Positions 57,355 to 64,000 of a stretch of 64,000 nt of DNA are shown here, piece after piece (positions within the stretch are counted from its first letter, which is position 1; each line of letters begins with the position of its first letter). The notes under the pieces were generated by a model. It searched no databases and was not told the origin of the DNA. It saw nothing but the letters and a program-made list of their open reading frames with translations. The DNA comes from Deltaproteobacteria bacterium (lineage in GTDB: Bacteria; Myxococcota_A; Polyangia; Fen-1088), in assembly GCA_033763315.1 (NCBI GenBank), contig JANRKS010000032.1, positions 512,001 through 576,000 of the forward strand, written 5' to 3'. The translations under genes and the position numbers were made by a program.

Positions 57355-58338
57355 GTGAAGACAATGAATTTGATCAAGGTTGGGTTGGTCGGTTGTGGGT
57401 TGTTGGGCGGCGTTGCAACGAACACAGCACGGGCGGAAGAAGCCCCTGCGACGGTAAGCGCGGTGGGCACAGCGGTGGCGCCACCCGCAGCCCCCAAACC
57501 ACCATATTCGGTGCCATGGCAACTGCGGCCAGCCGCGGCTTTAACGGTGTTACGCTCTGACACGAGCGTCGCGTTTTATGACGCTCCTGACGCTGTCACG
57601 AAAGAAGATCGCTCTGGCTCAACCATCGCCAGCACGTTCTTGGCCAGCTACAAAGTCACCCCCGATTTTTCACCGCTGTTGCGATTGGCGGTTGTGCAGA
57701 ACTCAACCCCCGATGTCAGCCCGATGGCGGCGCCCAACGCCACGTCGTTCGTGAACCCCATTGTTGGTGCAACGTACGCTCGCAACATCGGCGTGTATAA
57801 ACTTGCCGGCTTCTTAGGTGCCACTGTGCCCATTGGTTCGGGCGGCGGCGACGCGCCAGACAAAGGTGAAGCGGAGGCGTCGGCGCGCGGCATTCAAGCG
57901 CGCTCGGCGATGGACAACGCGATGTTTGCGGTGAACTACTTCACAATGATTGCCGGCGCTGACGCGGCCTATGTGGCGAACAAACTCACCGTTCAGTTCG
58001 AGTTCACAGTGCTTGAGCTTCTGCGTGCCCGCGGCCCTGACACGCAAGACAAGCGCCGCACCAATTTCACCTCAGGCGTGCATGCAGGCTACTTCGTGCT
58101 GCCGATGTTATCATTGGGCGCCGAGGTTCGTTACCAACGCTGGCTGACCGATGCGGCGCCCGTCAAAGCCAATTCCAAAGCACGCGAATCTGTGACAGTG
58201 GCGTTTGGCCCGCGGTTTCACTTTAAGGTTGGCTCCCACTGGATCCGCCCAGGCATTTCATACTCGCGCTATTTGGACGAGCCCTTCTCTAAGAGCCACT
58301 ACCAAATGTTGCAGGTCGACGTGCCATTCATCTTTTGA
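57355..58338 (+). CDS. Outer-membrane beta-barrel-like hypothetical protein
   Basis: Signal peptide (ARA), Pro-rich linker, amphipathic strands, terminal Phe; SD AAGGAG. Confidence 0.7.
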   Translation: MKTMNLIKVGLVGCGLLGGVATNTARAEEAPATVSAVGTAVAPPAAPKPPYSVPWQLRPAAALTVLRSDTSVAFYDAPDAVTKEDRSGSTIASTFLASYKVTPDFSPLLRLAVVQNSTPDVSPMAAPNATSFVNPIVGATYARNIGVYKLAGFLGATVPIGSGGGDAPDKGEAEASARGIQARSAMDNAMFAVNYFTMIAGADAAYVANKLTVQFEFTVLELLRARGPDTQDKRRTNFTSGVHAGYFVLPMLSLGAEVRYQRWLTDAAPVKANSKARESVTVAFGPRFHFKVGSHWIRPGISYSRYLDEPFSKSHYQMLQVDVPFIF

Positions 58339-58460
58339 TAGACCAAACGGCATCGCAACGTCGCTTGTCCGGTATCTGAGCCCCCGCCCTTGATGAGTCT
58401 GCGGTTTTAGGCGACTCTTGCTTGGCGCACCGCCATCTAGCGTGCGAAGGGGGGCCCAGG

Positions 58461-60302
58461 ATGTTTGAGGATATCGTTCACAAGGCGCGGTTGTCGCGGT
58501 TCGTCGAGTTGATTGAGTCCACCTTTGACGTGCGGCTGCAAGTTTGTGATGCGGCGGGCACGGCGGTTGTGGGCACGCTGCAGACGCCCGCGGCAACGTT
58601 GGCAGCGCAAGCTCCTGTGGTCGTGGGCCTCATCACCGCGGGTCGGGTGTTGGCTTATTCCGATAAGCCCGTTGACCCTCGCTTGCAGGGGTTCTTGGAG
58701 GCCCTGTCCGATCTAACCGCGGCCCTGGCGGCCTTTTCTGCCGAGGCCGGCGCCAAATCGATCGAGGTGGCGCGCACCGAAGAGCGCTTGCGGCTGGCGC
58801 TGGAGGCCACGACGGACGCGATCTGGGACTGGGACCTCACCACAAACAAAACCTACTACAGCCCGCGCTGGTACCAAATGTTGGGTTATGAGCCCGGCGC
58901 CTTTCCCTCATCCTTTGAGTCGTGGGCCGCCATGACAGACCCGCAGGACGTCGAACGCACTGTGGCCGTGGTCAATGCGGCCGTCGCCCGCGGCGAAGGG
59001 TATCATTCAGAATTTCGCATGCGGCACGCTGATGGAGGCTGGCGCGTGATCGTGGGTCGCGGCCGCGTGAGCGCGCGCGATGCCAGTGGCAAACCGATTC
59101 GCATGTCGGGCACGAACACCGATGTGACGTCGCAGCGCGAGGCGGAAAGAGAGCGCCTGCGGCTCGAAGGGGCCCTGCGACAGCGCGAGAAGCTCAGCGC
59201 CATCGGGCAGTTGGCGGGCGGCGTGGCGCACGATTTTAACAACCAGCTCACCACCGTTTTGGGCTCTGCAGAGCTATTGATGGAGTCGGTCAACAACCCG
59301 CAGGATCGGGAGCTTGTGCAGGACATCTTGGCGGCGGCTTCACGTTCTGCGGAGCTGACGCGCAAGTTGTTGTCGTTCTCGCGGCAGGGCCAAGTGCAAC
59401 GCAGTGAGATCGACGTTCATGCTTTGATCAACGAAGTGGTGGCGATGTTGCGGCGAAGCATTGATCGCCGCATTCGTTTGGAGACCGATCTGCGCGCGGC
59501 CTATCATGTGGTCAAAGGCGATTCAGCCGAGCTGCAAAACGCCATCTTGAACTTGGCGCTCAACGCGCGCGACGCCATGAGTGACGGCGGGCAGCTGACG
59601 TTTAAGACGCATAACATTTTCTTTGGCGCCAACGATCACGATCAGTTGCCCGATTTGGTGGAGGATCAGTATTTGGTGGTCGGTGTGGCGGACACAGGCC
59701 ACGGCATGTCGCCCGAAGTGCAGGCGCGCTTGTTCGAGCCGTTCTTCACCACAAAGCCCGCCGGCGTGGGCACCGGCATGGGGTTGGCATCGGTTTATGG
59801 GACCGTGAAGGCGCATCAAGGCGCCGTGCGCGTGACCACAGCGCTTGGCAAGGGAAGTGAATTTGCGGTGTATCTGCCTGTGATCGATACGAGCACGGCC
59901 GTACGTGTGCGCCGCACGTCAGATCTTCCCCAGATCCCGGCGTGCCGCGTGCTGGTGGTGGATGATGAGCCGCTCGTGCGGGAACAGTTTGCGCGATCGC
60001 TTCGCAGCCTTGGCCATCTTGCTGAAGTGGCCAGCGGGGGAGGGATTGGTGTGGCCCGCTTGCTGGCCTCCGAAAATGCATTCGACGTGGCGATCGTCGA
60101 CGTGAGCATGCCCGACATGAGCGGCCGCGAAACAATTGCGGCCATGCGCAAGGTGGCCCCACAACTGCGCTTCATCGTCACCTCTGGTTTTGCGGTGCAA
60201 GGCGAGGTGCAAGCGACGTTGGATGAAGGCGCGCGCGCGTTTATTCCGAAGCCGTTCTTCCGTTCGACCCTTGCACACGCTTTGGCCGAAGCTTTGCTGT
60301 GA
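58461..60302 (+). CDS. Hybrid histidine kinase (PAS-HisKA-HATPase-REC)
   Basis: WDWD PAS, AHDFNN, NARDAM, FEPFFTTK, GTGMGL, VLVVDDE. Confidence 0.93.
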   Translation: MFEDIVHKARLSRFVELIESTFDVRLQVCDAAGTAVVGTLQTPAATLAAQAPVVVGLITAGRVLAYSDKPVDPRLQGFLEALSDLTAALAAFSAEAGAKSIEVARTEERLRLALEATTDAIWDWDLTTNKTYYSPRWYQMLGYEPGAFPSSFESWAAMTDPQDVERTVAVVNAAVARGEGYHSEFRMRHADGGWRVIVGRGRVSARDASGKPIRMSGTNTDVTSQREAERERLRLEGALRQREKLSAIGQLAGGVAHDFNNQLTTVLGSAELLMESVNNPQDRELVQDILAAASRSAELTRKLLSFSRQGQVQRSEIDVHALINEVVAMLRRSIDRRIRLETDLRAAYHVVKGDSAELQNAILNLALNARDAMSDGGQLTFKTHNIFFGANDHDQLPDLVEDQYLVVGVADTGHGMSPEVQARLFEPFFTTKPAGVGTGMGLASVYGTVKAHQGAVRVTTALGKGSEFAVYLPVIDTSTAVRVRRTSDLPQIPACRVLVVDDEPLVREQFARSLRSLGHLAEVASGGGIGVARLLASENAFDVAIVDVSMPDMSGRETIAAMRKVAPQLRFIVTSGFAVQGEVQATLDEGARAFIPKPFFRSTLAHALAEALL

Positions 60303-60307
60303 CGAAC

Positions 60308-60907
60308 TTAGTTCTTGTAGCCTGAGGAGCGGCTGCGCCCCAAGGACCAGGGCGCCGCGTCCGCCGTGGCGTCGTCATCGTCCAACAGATCGGCAGATGT
60401 GAACCCACGCGCACGCACGGCGCGGTTTTCAACTTGAATCGTTCTTGCCACGGGCCGATCGGCTTTCTCGGTCAGCTGACGAACGATTCGCGACAGATCG
60501 CCAAGCGCGGTTTCGCTCACCCTGCAATTGGCTTCGACGGTCGACGCAATGTACGGGCGCGTGCCGAGTGCGCCCCGCAACTCGCGCGCAACCGTGGCGG
60601 CTTGCTTCGCCATGTTGCCGAGCTCCTCCACGAACGACACGATCACGGCGCGGGCCGAGGTGCCTTTGGTTGCTTCGCCAGACGCTCGAAACGTGGCTGT
60701 CGTCAGTTGCGCCGCCATGGCTTCGATGTGGTCGCACACGCTTTTTAAAGCCACCAAGCGCTGCGCCACGTCGTCGGCTTCGTTGCGAGCCAGCGACAAG
60801 GCGGCGCGGCTGTCGTCTATGATGCGGTTCGCCTGCACCTCAAGGGCGCGCGGATCCGCCTCGGGAGGCAACAACGTTCCAGGTTTCGTCGACGTGGCGT
60901 TTGACAT
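60308..60907 (-). CDS. Soluble protein with degenerate MCP signalling-like hairpin
   Basis: IEAMAAQLTTATFRASGEA...FVEELGNMAKQAATVARELR is in register with the MCP tip. Confidence 0.55.
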   Translation of the reverse strand: MSNATSTKPGTLLPPEADPRALEVQANRIIDDSRAALSLARNEADDVAQRLVALKSVCDHIEAMAAQLTTATFRASGEATKGTSARAVIVSFVEELGNMAKQAATVARELRGALGTRPYIASTVEANCRVSETALGDLSRIVRQLTEKADRPVARTIQVENRAVRARGFTSADLLDDDDATADAAPWSLGRSRSSGYKN

Positions 60908-61087
60908 GGTTGTAACCGGCACACAAATAATACCAATCCAAGTCCTACAAGCGAGCACAATCAATTGCATGTAGGTGGGGAAACGAGAACCTCAACGATT
61001 ACGTGCTAATAAGAAGGTTCCGCGCCATCGGAAAACGCCGCGGCCTTCGCCCCGCAGGGCGGCATTCGAACCAGGTCCGACAGCAAC

Positions 61088-61750
61088 ATGAGCCGAACAA
61101 TCTTGGTGGGCGACGTACACGGATGCATTGAAGAGCTTGAGGCCTTGCTCAAGGCCTGCGCCCACACGGCAGACGATCAAGTGGTGTTGGTGGGCGATCT
61201 GGTGGCCAAAGGCCCCGATTCCGCGGCGGTCGTCCAGTTGGCACGCGAATCAAGTTTCGAGGCCGTGTTGGGCAACCACGACGATCACGTGTTGTCCGTT
61301 ATTGCGGCAGGCGAGGCCTCGGCCAAACGCGCTCACCACGCGCAGGTGGCGGCAACTTTAACGAAGACAGATGTTGCCTGGCTGCAGGCGGTGCCGCTTT
61401 ACCTTGATGAATCTGTCCTTGGCCCGGGGCTTTTGGTGGTCCATGGAGGTTTGGTGCCCGGCATTCCCCTGCGCGAGCAATCTCGCAAACACTTGCTGAA
61501 CCTGCGCAGCTTTGCTGACGACGGCACGCCCTCGCGCAAGATAGAAGGCGTTCCTTGGGCGTCGCGGTGGCCCGGGCCCGCACGTGTTGTGTTTGGCCAT
61601 GATGCGCTTCGCGGCTTACAACAACACCCGCACGCCACGGGCTTAGATACTGGGTGCGTTTACGGGCACCGTCTCACCGCCTTGGTGCTGCCTGAAAACC
61701 GCTTGGTTTCCGTGGCGGCAAAGCGCGCCTATAGCGGTTTCGATACCTAA
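61088..61750 (+). CDS. Metallophosphoesterase (ApaH/PPP-like)
   Basis: GDVHG, GDLVAKGP, GNHD, VHGG, FGH, DTGCV. Confidence 0.92.
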   Translation: MSRTILVGDVHGCIEELEALLKACAHTADDQVVLVGDLVAKGPDSAAVVQLARESSFEAVLGNHDDHVLSVIAAGEASAKRAHHAQVAATLTKTDVAWLQAVPLYLDESVLGPGLLVVHGGLVPGIPLREQSRKHLLNLRSFADDGTPSRKIEGVPWASRWPGPARVVFGHDALRGLQQHPHATGLDTGCVYGHRLTALVLPENRLVSVAAKRAYSGFDT

Positions 61751-61779
61751 AGGATTGCCGGACTGCGCCGATACCCCTT

Positions 61780-62295
61780 GTGGGGTTGCATTTGCCGTTT
61801 ACACGTCGGCGCCTACTTACAGCGGGCTTAGTGCCAGTTGCCGGCTATTTCGGCAGCGCAGGGTTCGCGTGTGCGGCCGAAGCGGCGGGGCTGGTACTGG
61901 TTACAGCGGCCAAAACGCAGCTCGAGAACATCTCCGCAGGTGATTTGCGGCAGCTGTTCTTGGGAGAAACGATCCGCGACAAAGGCAACCAAAAGCTGGT
62001 GCCGTTGAACCATCAGCCCGGCAGTTTGGAACGCGGGCTTTTCGATCAGCGCGTGCTCGGCATGAGCCAAGACGAAATGGCTCGTTACTGGATCGACCAA
62101 AAAGTGCGTGGTTTGAAAGGGCCACCGCGCAACTTGGCACCCGCACAGATGGTGGCGCGTGTGGTGGAACGGTTTCCGGGCGCCGTTTCGTACCTGAGGC
62201 CGGAGCATGTGATCACGGGCCTTCGAATGGTGCGGATCGAAAACGTTGAGCCGGGCGCGGATAACTATCTGCTGGCAGACCGGGGGCGTAAATGA
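61780..62295 (+). CDS. Small single-domain binding-protein-like protein, Tat-like signal
   Basis: FTRRRLL; LRQLFLG, RGLFDQRVLG, YW...PP, PGAVSY. Confidence 0.65.
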   Translation: MGLHLPFTRRRLLTAGLVPVAGYFGSAGFACAAEAAGLVLVTAAKTQLENISAGDLRQLFLGETIRDKGNQKLVPLNHQPGSLERGLFDQRVLGMSQDEMARYWIDQKVRGLKGPPRNLAPAQMVARVVERFPGAVSYLRPEHVITGLRMVRIENVEPGADNYLLADRGRK

Positions 62296-62951
62296 AGGCT
62301 TGGCTTTGCATTGCCGTCACGGTGTTGGCCTCGGCGGGCTGCTTGTTGGACACCGACAGGCACTGTGGACCAAATCAAGATCTCACGATCGAGAACGTGT
62401 GTGTTTGCAAACCCAATGCGGTGGTGTCTGAAACCGCGGCGGGTGCGTGTGTCTTGTGCGGCCTAAATCAAGCCGTCGTGGGCGGTAAATGCCAGTGCGT
62501 TGATGGGTTTGTGGCCGCTGCCGATGGCACCTGCGCGCCCAAGCCCTCCGGCTTAGGAGACGCGTGCAACCCGGCGGCCCCTGCGTGCGGCAACGCTGAT
62601 TTCAATACATGCGTGGCAACGAGCGGAACCACGGGTTATTGCAGCAAGGCCGGCTGTGCGGCGCCCGCGGATTGCCCCACAGGTTTTGCTTGTGACACAG
62701 CCGTCACGGGCGGCGTGTGCAAGCGCGCACCGCGAGGGCAGGGCCAAGCCTGCAGCCGTGATGCGGAGTGTGCGGGCACCGAGGCTGAATTTTGTGCACC
62801 AATCATCAACCAATGTCTCGTGCAGGGTTGCGCGTTGACGGCCCCGGGCGCGTGTTTTCCCGGATACATCTGCTGCGACCTCACGGCGTTGGGCGCCGCC
62901 AAAACGGCGTGTTTGCCAGCAGATAAGCTGCCGCAAGGAAAGTGCCCATGA
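62292..62951 (+). CDS. Cys-rich lipoprotein
   Basis: SAGC lipobox, many Cys in EGF-like spacings; ATG overlaps the upstream stop. Confidence 0.8.
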   Translation: MKAWLCIAVTVLASAGCLLDTDRHCGPNQDLTIENVCVCKPNAVVSETAAGACVLCGLNQAVVGGKCQCVDGFVAAADGTCAPKPSGLGDACNPAAPACGNADFNTCVATSGTTGYCSKAGCAAPADCPTGFACDTAVTGGVCKRAPRGQGQACSRDAECAGTEAEFCAPIINQCLVQGCALTAPGACFPGYICCDLTALGAAKTACLPADKLPQGKCP

Positions 62952-64000
62952 GACGTGGTCGGCTTGCTTTTGCAGTCAGCCTCATCGTTGCGTTGGCGCA
63001 GCCGGCCGTTGCTTGGTCACAAGACACCGGCGCACGCGATGTTGTGCCGGCGGTTCCCCCGGCGTCTGCGGTGCCGGAGGCTTCTGTGGTGCCCGCGGCA
63101 GCGCCCGCGGCTGACGCTCAGACCCCCCTTGATCTCACAGCGCTTGATCCGAATTTATTGGCCGACCCAGGCGATCCCCGCGCGAATGAGGCGCGGCTCG
63201 ATATCTACGGGTTCTCTGATTTCACCTACGGCGGCTTTTACCTTCCCAAAGGCAACCGCTGGCGTGGCTATCTGAACCCGCACTCCGGGTTCGGCATCGG
63301 CAACTTGAACGTCTATTTCAAAGGCACGCTCAGCGAGCGTGCGCGCAGTTTGGTCGAGATTCGGTTCATGTATTTGCCCAGCGCATACCCGCAGGTCCAA
63401 TCGGACGGTAGCGTTAAATACACCGATACAAAAGTGCGTGATCCGCTGGAGTTAAACCGCGAGCTGCGCTGGGGCGGCATTGTGATTGAGCGAGCTTGGG
63501 TGGAGTACGAACTGCATGAGCTGCTCACGGTGAGGGCCGGGCAGTTCCTCACGCCGTATGGCATTTGGAACGTTGATCACGGCTCGCCCACAATCATCGG
63601 CATTCGCCGCCCGTTTGTGGTGACAGAGCCCTTCATTCCCGAACGTCAAACGGGCATTGAGACGTACGGCCGGCGCAGTTTTTCGAATTTGGTGGCGGGG
63701 TATCACCTCACGCTCTCCAACGGACGCGGCATTGGTGAAGAATATCTGGATCGCGATGACAACAAGGCCGTGGGCGGCCGCGCGTTTGTCACAACCATGG
63801 CCGTGGGCGAACTCACGCTGGGCGGCTCTTTTTACCGCGCCCGCCGAACCACAACCGCAGACAAGTTCACCTATGGGCCTTCGGGCGAAAAACTGTTCAC
63901 CGATCGAATCATCGAGCGCAGCCGCGAAATTGGTTTGGCGGCCGATGTGAAGTGGCGCTGGCGCAATCTGCATGTGCAAGGCGAATTGCTGGCGCGGCAA
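62948..64000 (+). CDS. Porin-like outer-membrane beta-barrel (3'-truncated; not in ORF track)
   Basis: MRRGRLAFAVSLIVALAQPAVAWSQ...LDIYGFSDF...GNLNVYF...IERAWVEY...RAGQFLTPYGIWNVDH; ATGA overlap. Confidence 0.8.
   Translation, partial: MRRGRLAFAVSLIVALAQPAVAWSQDTGARDVVPAVPPASAVPEASVVPAAAPAADAQTPLDLTALDPNLLADPGDPRANEARLDIYGFSDFTYGGFYLPKGNRWRGYLNPHSGFGIGNLNVYFKGTLSERARSLVEIRFMYLPSAYPQVQSDGSVKYTDTKVRDPLELNRELRWGGIVIERAWVEYELHELLTVRAGQFLTPYGIWNVDHGSPTIIGIRRPFVVTEPFIPERQTGIETYGRRSFSNLVAGYHLTLSNGRGIGEEYLDRDDNKAVGGRAFVTTMAVGELTLGGSFYRARRTTTADKFTYGPSGEKLFTDRIIERSREIGLAADVKWRWRNLHVQGELLARQ

Overview
GC-rich bacterial chromosomal window, most likely Myxococcota (inferred from Cys-rich lipoproteins, a Hanks-type kinase, lipidated TamA and many sigma54 promoters). 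It holds about 60 CDS. I saw no rRNA, tRNA, CRISPR array or intact mobile element. The left 38 kb is a dense stress/envelope island: ElaB/YqjE/YqjK-like genes, two lmo0937-like small proteins, three AI-2E transporters, hemerythrin, TreY, TspO, TamA-TamB, GlsB/YeaQ, DUF748, a PLD-VTT fusion plus EEP, Lhr-Nei, and a C39 peptidase with a double-Gly substrate-like partner. Nearly every transcription unit there carries a sigma54 -24/-12 element (16 read by eye, many with a variant TTGTA/TTGAA -12 box). They often form divergent pairs flanking recurrent GTAAC/GTTAC boxes, and the island encodes its own GAFTGA activator and CHASE kinase. One promoter points into a gene-free gap, predicting an unannotated G-rich sRNA (about 13650-13963, minus strand). 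The right part holds mtnA, a D-apiose catabolic operon (apsI-aptAB-aplK) with a SorC regulator, pyk, a sulfate ABC operon with a divergent XRE-cupin regulator, greB, an orphan flgF-like gene, a degenerate MCP-like protein and a binding protein/lipoprotein/porin trio. All calls come from reading the sequence by eye; no searches were run.
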